Below, in pieces: positions 1 to 8,253 of a stretch of DNA of 64,000 nt. A program made the position numbers and the translations under genes. Numbering within the stretch: the first letter of the stretch is position 1; every line of letters starts with the position of its first letter. Where the stretch lies: contig CAKZSU010000003.1 of NCBI GenBank assembly GCA_937921305.1, forward strand, positions 38,831-102,830. Reading direction: 5' to 3'. The notes under the pieces are model-generated. The model searched no databases, was not told where the DNA came from, and saw only the letters and a program-made list of their open reading frames with translations. Origin of the DNA: an uncultured Patescibacteria group bacterium (GTDB lineage: Bacteria > Patescibacteriota > Microgenomatia > UBA10105 > UBA927).

Positions 1-54
1 ACGTTAAAGAGTAATGTATTTTTGAGACAGTGAAAGAGCGAAGTACTGTATTAT

Positions 55-130
55 TGGTCGGGGATGAGAGACTCGAACTCTCGACCTCACGCTCCCAAAG
101 CGCGCACTCTACCAACTGAGCTAATCCCCG
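55..130 (-). tRNA. tRNA-Pro, anticodon TGG. The CCA end appears to be encoded.
   Basis: Reverse complement folds as a cloverleaf. Acceptor is CGGGGAT/ATCCCCG. Anticodon stem CGCGC/GCGTG carries the loop TTTGGGA. T-arm reads GGTCGAGAGTTCGAGTCTCTC. Confidence 0.75.
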
Positions 131-134
131 AAGT

Positions 135-220
135 GTGCCGAGAGTGGGACTCGAACCCACACGACTGGTGAGGTCACAGGATTTTAAGTCCTGCGCGTCT
201 ACCAATTCCGCCATCCCGGC
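135..220 (-). tRNA. tRNA-Leu, anticodon TAA. Class II tRNA with a long variable arm.
   Basis: Reverse complement begins GCCGGGATGGCGGAATTGGTAGACGCG. Anticodon stem CAGGA/TCCTG carries the loop CTTAAAA. Long extra arm and a GGTTCGAGTCC T-loop. Confidence 0.75.
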
Positions 221-274
221 ACAAATCTTTTTGTATTGTATCATAAACCATAACGAGAAGATGAGATTCCATTG

Positions 275-1216
275 TTAGAAGGAAGACGATAGTTTTCTAA
301 GTTTTGCGATAAAAAATCCTTCGAATTCCTGTGACGGGAAAATTTTCTTCGTTTGAGGCATACCAATACCCGGCATCCATGGGATGCCGTCAAGATCGAT
401 CTCTTCCAGCGCTACCCTGCCCTGTTCTTTTTTAAGAATCCACGTAATGACATCTTCATTTTCCTGTTTTGATAGCGTGCATGTGGCATAGACAATGATA
501 CCGCCTGGTTTTGTCGAGCTAATACCGGAGCGAAGTAAGAATTTTTGCGTTTCTTGAAGATGTTTGACTTTTTTGATTGACCAATCGGTATAGGTTCGAG
601 GATCAGTTATTTGTATCCGTCCTACCATACTACATGGCGCATCAACAAGTGTTTTATCAAAATAATTTGGATATTTTTGCCACAATCCTTGACCGACTGA
701 TCGAAGAATTGTTGTGTTTATTACGCCAAGGCGTTTAAGGTTTGCGTCTAATCGATAGATTCGTGTGTGGCTAGCATCATTTGCGATGATTTCGCCGGTA
801 TTCTCTATCATCATGGCGAGTTGTGACGTTTTGCTTCCCGGCGCGGCGCAGAGATCAAGAATCCGTTCTCCTTTTTTTGGATTGAGGATAAGTGGTGGAA
901 GCATGCTTGAAAGACTTTGGACATAACACCAGCCGTCTTTGTAAAACCGTGTCTCAGAAAACACGCGAAGCGTCGGGGATCGCAAAATATATGCGAGTGG
1001 ATACCATGGAATCCGTTCCACGATCACGTGTTCATCGTTGGCGCGCTGTTCAAAGAGATCGGGGGATGTTTTGATTGTATTTACGCGAAGCGTCGTGTAC
1101 CGTTCTAACGAAAATCCTTCAAAGATTTTTTTCGTGTCCTGCTCGCTGTATGATTGCAGGAGGTGCTGTTTGAGCGTTGCGAGAATGTCTGTTGGATTGG
1201 TGTTTCGCCGAGGCAT
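275..1216 (-). CDS. RsmB/RsmF (NOL1/NOP2/Sun) family rRNA m5C methyltransferase. The start is uncertain because it overlaps the upstream gene by about 98 nt.
   Basis: 313-aa ORF with the SAM-binding motif ILDLCAAPGSKTSQLA and a DAPCS-like catalytic region. The family signature is clear. Confidence 0.8.
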   Translation of the reverse strand: MPRRNTNPTDILATLKQHLLQSYSEQDTKKIFEGFSLERYTTLRVNTIKTSPDLFEQRANDEHVIVERIPWYPLAYILRSPTLRVFSETRFYKDGWCYVQSLSSMLPPLILNPKKGERILDLCAAPGSKTSQLAMMIENTGEIIANDASHTRIYRLDANLKRLGVINTTILRSVGQGLWQKYPNYFDKTLVDAPCSMVGRIQITDPRTYTDWSIKKVKHLQETQKFLLRSGISSTKPGGIIVYATCTLSKQENEDVITWILKKEQGRVALEEIDLDGIPWMPGIGMPQTKKIFPSQEFEGFFIAKLRKLSSSF

Positions 1217-2591
1217 AATACACGATGGGATGTTTGCTAAATGTTAATGTTTCTCCTTTTTGTGGTGTATATACTGCCACATGAGGCCATCGAGTTTCAA
1301 TAGCGTTGCGGAGAACGGATCGCTGAGGATCTTCGCCATGCGTCAAACAGATTGCCGAAGGATGTTCCACATGAGACAGCCATTGTAGAAGTTTTGGCTG
1401 ATCCGCGTGGGAGGATAAACCGGACGATTTGCGGATTGTCGCGCGAACGGGAATAGTTTTCCCTTCAATTGGTATATTTTTTTGTCCATCGAGGAGCATT
1501 CGCCCAATCGTTCCTTCGGCTTGAAACCCAACCAATAAGAGTCTCGTCGTTGGAATTGGAAGGTATGTTTTTGCGTGGCGAAGTATTCTCCCGCCGGTCA
1601 TCATGCCGGAGCCTGCGATAATCACTTTTGGCCCCGGCAGATTGTCTAATTTACAGGATTCATTGTGAGACTCCACCATCGACAAGCCGGGAAACGTGAA
1701 GGGATCATCCATATGCGCGTGCTCCGCAAGTTCGTGATTATATAGATGTTTGTATCGCTGATACACATTCGTCACATGAATCGCAAGAACGCTATCAAGA
1801 AACACGCGGGTTTCCTCTTTTACTTTGCCGTCTTTTTTTAGATGATCAATGACATGAAGAATTTCTTGACTCCGTTCCACGGAGAATGCGGGAATGAGGA
1901 GTGTGCCTTTCGTTTCTTCGATCGTTTGTATTTCCTCCGTGATCACATCGTAAGGATTTTCGTTCGCGTGAGTTCTATCGCCATAAGTTGATTCCATAAC
2001 GATAATATCCGCATTTTGAATGAATTCTGTGTGTTGCACGAGTTCTTCTGGGTAGTTTCCTAGATCTCCGCTAAAGACAATCGTTTGTATGCCATCTTTT
2101 ATATGATGGTAAGAAATATGAAGAAGCGCAGATCCGAGAATGTGTCCAGCGTCGCGCAAAGTGATTGTGTAGTCGCTGATGGATACTGGTTTATGATAGT
2201 CTAGTGTTTTTGTGTGCGCGAGCGTCCACTGCACATCTCGTTCATCATATAGCAGGCGACCGTACTCTCTTTGTCTTGCCACATGGACCGCGTCCAACAA
2301 GGTGAGTTCCATAATCGATTTTGTCGCCGGCGTCATGTAAATAGAGCCTGTGTATCCGAGTTTTCGAAGCAAAGGGATTCTTCCGCAATGATCAAGATGC
2401 GCGTGCGTCAAAAATACGCCAAGAATATCAGATGGATGCAACGGGATCGTTTCGTCGTTATATGATTCTATATCTTTATTCCCTTGAAACATGCCCAGAT
2501 CGATAAGAATACCCTTTCCTGTTTCATCCGTTAGCATGTAAGACGAGCCTGTTACTGTGCCTGCCGCTCCCAAAAACTGAATTTTTCGCAT
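1119..2591 (-). CDS. MBL-fold metallo-hydrolase of the beta-CASP ribonuclease family (RNase J / CPSF-like)
   Basis: 490-aa ORF. N-terminal glycine-rich MBL start (FLGAAGTVTGSSYML) and the HAHLDHCG motif, with a downstream beta-CASP-like region. Confidence 0.7.
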   Translation of the reverse strand: MRKIQFLGAAGTVTGSSYMLTDETGKGILIDLGMFQGNKDIESYNDETIPLHPSDILGVFLTHAHLDHCGRIPLLRKLGYTGSIYMTPATKSIMELTLLDAVHVARQREYGRLLYDERDVQWTLAHTKTLDYHKPVSISDYTITLRDAGHILGSALLHISYHHIKDGIQTIVFSGDLGNYPEELVQHTEFIQNADIIVMESTYGDRTHANENPYDVITEEIQTIEETKGTLLIPAFSVERSQEILHVIDHLKKDGKVKEETRVFLDSVLAIHVTNVYQRYKHLYNHELAEHAHMDDPFTFPGLSMVESHNESCKLDNLPGPKVIIAGSGMMTGGRILRHAKTYLPIPTTRLLLVGFQAEGTIGRMLLDGQKNIPIEGKTIPVRATIRKSSGLSSHADQPKLLQWLSHVEHPSAICLTHGEDPQRSVLRNAIETRWPHVAVYTPQKGETLTFSKHPIVYYASAKHQSNRHSRNAQTAPPAIIQRAGHEKNL

Positions 2592-2659
2592 ACATCTTTT
2601 ATATCATGGTTTCTTGGGGTAAAATAGAGGACAAGAGATGAAGAGATTAAGAGAGGAAA

Positions 2660-2743
2660 GCCGAAGTGGCGGAATTGGTAGACGCGCACGCTTCAGGAGC
2701 GTGTCCAGTTATTTGGGTGGAGGTTCGAGTCCTCTCTTCGGCA
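2660..2743 (+). tRNA. tRNA-Leu, anticodon CAG. Class II tRNA with a long variable arm.
   Basis: Sequence GCCGAAGTGGCGGAATTGGTAGACGCG...TTCAGGA...GGTTCGAGTCCTCTCTTCGGCA. Anticodon stem CACGC/GCGTG. Confidence 0.75.
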
Positions 2744-2854
2744 CAAAATGTATCAAAGGAAGCATAATTTGCTTGGATTGTTTGGATGAATAACCAAAAG
2801 TTGAAGAAGATATATATGGTTTTAAAGGGAATCGTCTATAGAATGCATCAGTAT

Positions 2855-2936
2855 GCGGATGTGGTGAAATTGGTATACACGCAGTCTTGAGGAGGCTGTG
2901 CCGTAAGGCGTGGAGGTTCGAGTCCTCTCATCCGCA
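2855..2936 (+). tRNA. tRNA-Leu, anticodon GAG. Class II tRNA.
   Basis: Sequence GCGGATGTGGTGAAATTGGTATACACG, with the anticodon loop TTGAGGA. Long variable arm and a GGTTCGAGTCC T-loop. Acceptor is GCGGATG/CATCCGC. Confidence 0.7.
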
Positions 2937-2978
2937 CAAAAAGTCGCACAAAAGCTATTAAACAAAAATATGAACGTG

Positions 2979-3051
2979 GGACGATTAGCTCAGCTGGTAG
3001 AGCGTTTCATTTACACTGAAAAGGTCGGGGGTTCGAGTCCCTCATCGTCCA
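2979..3051 (+). tRNA. tRNA-Val, anticodon TAC
   Basis: GGACGATTAGCTCAGCTGGTAGAGC D-arm. Anticodon stem TTTCA/TGAAA carries the loop TTTACAC. T-loop GGTTCGAGTCC. Acceptor GGACGAT/ATCGTCC. Confidence 0.75.
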
Positions 3052-3099
3052 CAAAAAGAAAACACTCGTAAAACGCTGTATATTTGAAAAATATTTATT

Positions 3100-3172
3100 G
3101 CCAAGATAGCCAAGGTGGTCACGGCGCGTGTCTGAAAAACACGTTATACAGGTTCGACTCCTGTTCTTGGCA
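3100..3172 (+). tRNA. tRNA-Phe, anticodon GAA
   Basis: Sequence GCCAAGATAGCCAAGGTGGTCACGG. Anticodon stem CGTGT/ACACG carries the loop CTGAAAA. T-loop GGTTCGACTCC. Acceptor GCCAAGA/TCTTGGC. Confidence 0.75.
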
Positions 3173-3237
3173 CAAAACTTCTTATAATTTGACCTTTAAG
3201 TAAGATCGCGATATAGTTCTTTTATAAAAAAATTCAT

Positions 3238-3309
3238 GCGGCGGTAGTTCACCGGTAGAATGTCTCCTTGCCAAGGAGAAGGTAGAGGGTTCGATTCCCT
3301 TCCGCCGCT
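3238..3309 (+). tRNA. tRNA-Gly, anticodon GCC
   Basis: Sequence GCGGCGGTAGTTCACCGGTAGAA. Anticodon stem TCTCC/GGAGA carries the loop TTGCCAA. T-loop GGTTCGATTCC. Acceptor GCGGCGG/CCGCCGC. Confidence 0.75.
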
Positions 3310-3383
3310 CAATAAACAATGGAAGACGCTTTTTCTTGAGGAATAATGGCGTCTTTTTTAGTATAATTATCAAAAAATACTAT

Positions 3384-3459
3384 TGCCGGGTGGTGTAACG
3401 GTAACACGCCTGACTTTGGATCAGCGCGATTCTAGGTTCGAATCCTAGCCCGGCAGCCA
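3384..3459 (+). tRNA. tRNA-Gln, anticodon TTG, with an encoded 3' CCA
   Basis: Sequence TGCCGGGTGGTGTAACGGTAACACG. Anticodon loop CTTTGGA. T-loop GGTTCGAATCC. Acceptor TGCCGGG/CCCGGCA followed by G-CCA. Confidence 0.75.
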
Positions 3460-3490
3460 GTATGTAGAAGAAAGCCGCAAAGAGGTAGAG

Positions 3491-3537
3491 CTTGCCGCGC
3501 CCGCCTCCGCGGCAAGCGCGTCAAATCCTCCTTTTTT
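3491..3537 (+). terminator. GC-rich hairpin (CTTGCCGCG-CCCGCCTC-CGCGGCAAG) followed by a T6 run. It may terminate the tRNA operon or be an att-site remnant.
   Basis: Perfect 9-bp GC stem at 3491-3516 and a TTTTTT run at 3532-3537. The local GC content is far above the genome background. Confidence 0.35.
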
Positions 3538-3559
3538 GAAACTTGCGGACAGCCGCCGA

Positions 3560-4200
3560 TCCATTAAAAAGAAGTTCGAGCCGACAGTTTTTGCCATGAT
3601 TGATAAATCATGGCAACTATTTTTTGCATGCGCGATTTTGTGCGCTGAAAGCGCACTATTTACGAATTCACAAAAAGGTTCGAGCCACTCAACGCCGTTT
3701 TGGGAAATTTCCTTGATTTTGGAGCTAAGAAGTGATTTTGTTTCTACTAATTCGTTTTTCTTCTTTAGGTAGTCTTCGGGTGATATAACCCTGTCTAAAT
3801 ATCCCTCAAGTAGTCGGGTCAAGCTTTTCTTCGGATTCTTTGATTTTGAGTTGATAATCAGAAACAATGCTGGATGATTTTTGCTTTTCTAGATTCGCGT
3901 CTTTATCCGCCCACTCAAGAAACTTTTTGGCGGCATGCGGCGGTAAAGATGCTCGCAATACAATTTCTTTTAGTTGTTTCTCAATTTCAGTTTTATCAAT
4001 ATATTTTTGCGAGCAAGCTCCTTTCTTTTTAGAACAACGGTAGTATACATATTCAACTTTTCTATTTGTTCTCCTGTAGTACTTGGTGTGCTTTTCGGCG
4101 GTAATTGCGCCGCCGCATTCGCCGCACTTTACTAATCCTAAAAAATCAAATAAGTGCTTGTTGTTTTTGACCTTGCGACTTTTAAGTTTTACCACTTCTT
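3560..4200 (-). pseudogene. C-terminal remnant of a large serine recombinase (zinc beta-ribbon plus coiled-coil region). It is frameshifted and lacks the N-terminal resolvase catalytic domain.
   Basis: Two overlapping minus-strand ORFs, 3806..4369 and 3445..3867. The first carries LGLVKCGECGGAITAEK...YYRC, which is the recombinase zinc-ribbon motif. The second carries LEGYLDRVISPEDYLKKKNELVETK, a typical recombinase C-terminal coiled coil. No resolvase-domain sequence lies upstream. Confidence 0.55.
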
Positions 4201-4390
4201 GGCACTTAACAAAAAGTTTCTTGGAAATTAAAGGTGGGTGTTTTCCTTGGCAACAAAGAGCACAGGAAAGACAGGAAGCACGCCAAGAGAGAGTTGAAAA
4301 TCGGGTCAAAGACGCTGTGATATCGTTAACAATCGTATTGACGCGCGCATAAGTCATTACGAAGCACATTACAACGATGTTGAGGCACGC

Positions 4391-4729
4391 ATGGCCAGAG
4401 TAACGGAGCGAACAAACGAATTTATCAATCGTTTGGAAACCAAAGGATACGATGTTTCAAAAGTCAGAAGCGACCTTTCAACTCTGGAAGGAATGAGAAC
4501 AACCCGAAGAAGTTTATACACCGCATTTATTAATGTGCTTAAAGAAGCCAAACAATATGATTGCGGAGATTCGGAGGGAGCATTCAAAACAGCTATGGAT
4601 GAATCCAGAGCTGCTCTTGCCAAATGGAGAGATCAGATCAAGGCTAACAGAGAGTATATAAATACTACTCTACGCCCTGACCTGCAAGGTCTAAGAGGAC
4701 AAAATCCAAGTCCTGCTACAGCTGAGTAA
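4391..4729 (+). CDS. Hypothetical protein, 112 aa, charged and non-membrane
   Basis: ORF with sensible composition and a GAGG motif about 8 nt upstream. No recognisable family. Confidence 0.35.
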   Translation: MARVTERTNEFINRLETKGYDVSKVRSDLSTLEGMRTTRRSLYTAFINVLKEAKQYDCGDSEGAFKTAMDESRAALAKWRDQIKANREYINTTLRPDLQGLRGQNPSPATAE

Positions 4730-4809
4730 TCCTCTGCCATAGTGTGAAAGAAACGTCTGCAGGCGTTTCTTTCTCGGTATTTAGTAATTATGAATGGAGG
4801 TGATAATTA

Positions 4810-5103
4810 ATGAATAAATATTTACCATACGTAATTATCGGAGTTTTAGTTATTGTGGCGTTTGTGTTTGTGTCCGGCAGGCTAAACACAAAATCAAGTT
4901 TGATTGGCACGACACAAAATGAGGGGGTTATAACAGATACGGGCCCATCACCAATTCCTGTTTCTGAAGTTGTTTTAAATGACAAATCAGAAGTTAATGA
5001 TGCAATTGATGCCGAATTAAATCAGATTGATAAAGAGCTGAAAGGTGTAAATGATACCAACCTCGATGCGAGCGGTCTGTCTGATAAGCAGCTGGGTATG
5101 TAA
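4810..5103 (+). CDS. Hypothetical small membrane-anchored protein, 97 aa
   Basis: Strong Shine-Dalgarno sequence (GGAGGTGATAATTAATG). N-terminal TM helix YVIIGVLVIVAFVFV followed by an acidic, serine/threonine-rich tail. Confidence 0.5.
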   Translation: MNKYLPYVIIGVLVIVAFVFVSGRLNTKSSLIGTTQNEGVITDTGPSPIPVSEVVLNDKSEVNDAIDAELNQIDKELKGVNDTNLDASGLSDKQLGM

Positions 5104-5119
5104 TATGAGTTTTCCTAAA

Positions 5120-5220
5120 TTTTCGCCCTATGGGCGAGAAAATCGCGCGCGCAAAAAATAGCGGAGGCGCGGCGGGTTGGGGCGCCGCGCCGGAGCAAGC
5201 GAGCCGCGAAGCGGCGAGCT
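5120..5220. other. GC-rich cluster of hairpins in the convergent intergenic region. Candidate bidirectional terminator, structured RNA or element boundary.
   Basis: Three hairpins: TCGCCC-TAT-GGGCGA at 5123-5137, GGCGCGGCG-GGTTGGGG-CGCCGCGCC at 5166-5191, and GCCGC-GAA-GCGGC at 5203-5215. The region is strongly GC-skewed against an AT-rich background. Confidence 0.3.
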
Positions 5221-5265
5221 AACACATTGAAGTTCGACATTTTTTGTAAACGGCCAGCTATTGCT

Positions 5266-6618
5266 TCATTGTGTCAACATGCTTGTACGAATGATGGTGT
5301 ATGTTTTTGGATGGTAAAGAAAAATAGCAGGAATGTCTTCTGCGATAACCTTTTGAAAATCAGCGTATAGTTTCTTTCTTTTTTCTTGATCTGTTTCTAT
5401 TCGTCCGTCTTCCAAGAGTTTGTCAACTTTCAGGTTTGTATATCCCGTGATATTGTTTGGCGATTTGGAATGCCAGAACGGATATTGATCAGGATCTGGC
5501 GGCAAGTCTTGCGCGGTTAACAATACATCAAAATCATCTGTGAGCGAGTTCACCACTTGTACATTCGTCGGTATGCCAATCGCTGTCCATGATTGCGCAA
5601 TCGTATTTGCTTGATGAATGTATTGAGGAAATGTGGCGATAGTAATCGATGCTCTATTTTCAGGAAGCGGGATTGACTTTGCAAGTTTTTTCGCTTGTTC
5701 TTCGTTATACTCGTAATGCTTCGTTTTATCATTGTACGCCCATGATGTTTTTTGAATCGGCGAATGGGCGCGTTCTTCGTCTGAGAATATCGGTGTTCCA
5801 TACGCAAGCGCCTGACGAAGCGTTCTATTTTGAAATACCGACGATCTCATATTAAAAAAAAGCCCAACGATTCTATCGTATTTTACTTTTGCTCGAACCG
5901 TTGTTTGTTTCCAGTTCTCGAATGATTCTGGCGATGAAATATCCTCTACTCGATCGATCGATCCTCGTTTGTACGCAAGCGTCGCAAGTGACTCTGTTCT
6001 ATAAAAAAAATATTCTTTGATCGGTAGATTCGTATTTTGAGCTGGAGAAAGTCGGAGTGTATCTATTCGTCCTTCTTTTAATTTCATGCGATCAACTTTA
6101 TATGGTCCAACGCCAGTTAATCCAGCTTGAAGCAACGGTTTGGAAACCAACGCAGGAAATGGACTATACGGTTCGGGTAGCGTCGCTTTGATTGTTTGTT
6201 CATCGATGCTATCCCAGAGCACACCGGTAATATTATAATTAATATCGTTTGCTTGAACGCGATTGCCAGTATGCCATGTCATCGTTGCAAGAGTGAACAC
6301 GAAAGATTTCCCTCCTTCTTCCTGTGTCCATGACGTGGCGATGCCGGGTTCTGGGGTTCCATTTGAAGCAAGCGTCGTTAATCCCATGCTAATATCTCGT
6401 TGGATCGCCAAGGGAAGATCTGACGGTGTAAATTCGCCGATAATTCCTATTCGTTCAACCTTTTTTGTCAATGGAAGCATAACAACTGGAAGAAATCTTC
6501 CCGCAATGATGGTAACAAGCAATCCAACAATGAAGCCAAACACAAGAGACCGACTATACCGCTTGGTAAGGTCTTCCACAAACCATACAAAAACTCGTAT
6601 TCGCTTTGAGAGCTTCAT
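5266..6618 (-). CDS. ABC transporter substrate-binding protein, family 5 (Opp/Dpp-like), with an N-terminal membrane anchor
   Basis: 450 aa with an N-terminal TM segment. The length and overall pattern fit the SBP_bac_5 fold. Its start overlaps the secG stop by 4 nt. Confidence 0.6.
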   Translation of the reverse strand: MKLSKRIRVFVWFVEDLTKRYSRSLVFGFIVGLLVTIIAGRFLPVVMLPLTKKVERIGIIGEFTPSDLPLAIQRDISMGLTTLASNGTPEPGIATSWTQEEGGKSFVFTLATMTWHTGNRVQANDINYNITGVLWDSIDEQTIKATLPEPYSPFPALVSKPLLQAGLTGVGPYKVDRMKLKEGRIDTLRLSPAQNTNLPIKEYFFYRTESLATLAYKRGSIDRVEDISSPESFENWKQTTVRAKVKYDRIVGLFFNMRSSVFQNRTLRQALAYGTPIFSDEERAHSPIQKTSWAYNDKTKHYEYNEEQAKKLAKSIPLPENRASITIATFPQYIHQANTIAQSWTAIGIPTNVQVVNSLTDDFDVLLTAQDLPPDPDQYPFWHSKSPNNITGYTNLKVDKLLEDGRIETDQEKRKKLYADFQKVIAEDIPAIFLYHPKTYTIIRTSMLTQ

Positions 6619-6830
6619 CTCACTAGTATATTTGCAATAGAAGTAAGAAAAAAGAAGATAGCGACAATAAAAGTGCTGACAAACACAAACCGTTCCGCTC
6701 CGCGCTTACTACGATATATGATGTCTCCCCCGAACGATCTTCCTAATCCGCCTTTGCCGCTTTGAATTAAAATTAATCCGATGAGTAAGGAAGAAATAAT
6801 AAGATGAATACCAAGCAACAAAGATTTCAT
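6615..6830 (-). CDS. secG: Preprotein translocase subunit SecG
   Basis: 71 aa, two TM segments, and the LIQSGKGGGL signature. Confidence 0.8.
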   Translation of the reverse strand: MKSLLLGIHLIISSLLIGLILIQSGKGGLGRSFGGDIIYRSKRGAERFVFVSTFIVAIFFFLTSIANILVR

Positions 6831-7852
6831 AAGCTCATTCGCAACGTATCCATAATCTTCTCCGCGAGCTTTTCGCTGTCGTGGCGAATAAGACTTCGCA
6901 CCAGAACATCCGCGGACGATTTTGTCACAATATCATTTGACGCGATGTCTCCTGTTATTATCGTATAAGACGCGGAATTTGGCAAATCGTTGACAACGGG
7001 AAATTCGTGAGATTTTTCATATTCTCTCAGCGCTTCCTGGGGAAGCTGTCCTGTGTTAATGATGACGGTATCAATAGAATTTCCGATATGAGCATTTACC
7101 GTGTTGACATGATCTGTTGCAGTGAGTCCATAGGTTTGTCCGTATTTTGTCATCAGGTTCACGACAAACACTTTTTTCGCTTTCGATTTCTGAATTGCCT
7201 CTGGGATGCCTTTTACCAAAAGATTTGGAATGAGGCTTGTGTAGAGATCGCCTGGACCTAGCACAATGATGTCCGCTTCGACAATGGCTTTCATCGCGTC
7301 AGGGTTTGCTTCTGCTTCCGGAGACAGCCAAATTTTTGTTATTTTGAGTGTTCCGTCATGCTGTGGTTCGTCGATAAAGTGCTCTTCTGTTACGACGCTT
7401 CCGTCTTCATACTCCGCGAACAAATGCGTCGATGTATAAGAAACAGGAAGAATGGTCCCTTTGATTTTTAAGACTTTTCTTGTTTGTTTGATCGCCTCTT
7501 TTTGACTTCCAACAATATCTGTCAGCGCCGCCATAAAAAGATTACCAAAGGTCATACCTTTTATTCCTTGACCTTTGTCAAAGCGATACATGAAGAGTTT
7601 TCGCATAAGGCCCACTCCGCCATTTTCATCGGAAAGCGCGACAAAACACTGTCGAATATCAGAGGTTGGCAAAAGACCGAATTCATCGCGAATCCGTTTA
7701 TTCGATCCGCCGGAATCACTCATCGTGACAATCGCGGTAAGACTGACAGGATGATTTTTTAACCCTTTAAGCGTCACAAATGTTCCTGTCCCTCCGCCAA
7801 TACATACGACTTTTGGCAGTTTTGGTTTTTTTTGCGTGTTTATAGTTTTCAT
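6827..7852 (-). CDS. yvcK: YvcK / gluconeogenesis factor family protein (UPF0052, CofD-like)
   Basis: N-terminal VVCIGGGTGTF glycine loop and the TMSDSGGSNKRIRDEFG motif characteristic of the YvcK/CofD family. Confidence 0.8.
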   Translation of the reverse strand: MKTINTQKKPKLPKVVCIGGGTGTFVTLKGLKNHPVSLTAIVTMSDSGGSNKRIRDEFGLLPTSDIRQCFVALSDENGGVGLMRKLFMYRFDKGQGIKGMTFGNLFMAALTDIVGSQKEAIKQTRKVLKIKGTILPVSYTSTHLFAEYEDGSVVTEEHFIDEPQHDGTLKITKIWLSPEAEANPDAMKAIVEADIIVLGPGDLYTSLIPNLLVKGIPEAIQKSKAKKVFVVNLMTKYGQTYGLTATDHVNTVNAHIGNSIDTVIINTGQLPQEALREYEKSHEFPVVNDLPNSASYTIITGDIASNDIVTKSSADVLVRSLIRHDSEKLAEKIMDTLRMSL

Positions 7853-8253
7853 GATTCTGAGACGCTATGAAGTAAGTGCGATATAAGCGTAATTGCTCCC
7901 GTTACTGCCAATAGCGATCCAAAATAATTAAATTTGATAGATGGTATCACAAATCCCTGCCAAGAGAAACCGGGAAAAGTGAATGGCACAATTTGAATTT
8001 CTGGGAAAAGCAAGGTAAGCAAATATATTACAACAACATTAATAAACAATCCCGCGATCCCGAAGGTGAGGAAATTAAAAGGAATAAACAGGATTTTTAA
8101 CATTGGTTTAACGATGAGCATCAAGATACTGAGGATGCCTCCTCCAAGAAGCGTTGTAAGAATATCTCCTTGAATTCTTATTCCGGGAACAATTTCTGTC
8201 GTGATCCATAATGCGAATGTGTTAAATAAAAAAACGCGAAGTATATATTTCAT
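7849..8253 (-). CDS. Small multi-pass membrane protein, DUF360 / phage-holin-4_2-like
   Basis: 134 aa with 3-4 hydrophobic helices. The call rests on general resemblance and is weak. Confidence 0.4.
   Translation of the reverse strand: MKYILRVFLFNTFALWITTEIVPGIRIQGDILTTLLGGGILSILMLIVKPMLKILFIPFNFLTFGIAGLFINVVVIYLLTLLFPEIQIVPFTFPGFSWQGFVIPSIKFNYFGSLLAVTGAITLISHLLHSVSES

Noticed and set aside
5150-5225. Possibility that the GC-rich hairpin island is the small SRP (4.5S) RNA or another known housekeeping ncRNA
   Set aside because: The conserved SRP domain IV elements (GGAA tetraloop with flanking AGCAGC / GGAAG symmetric-loop nucleotides) were not found on either strand. The length and structure do not match tmRNA, RNase P or 6S RNA. 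It is kept only as an unclassified structured element.
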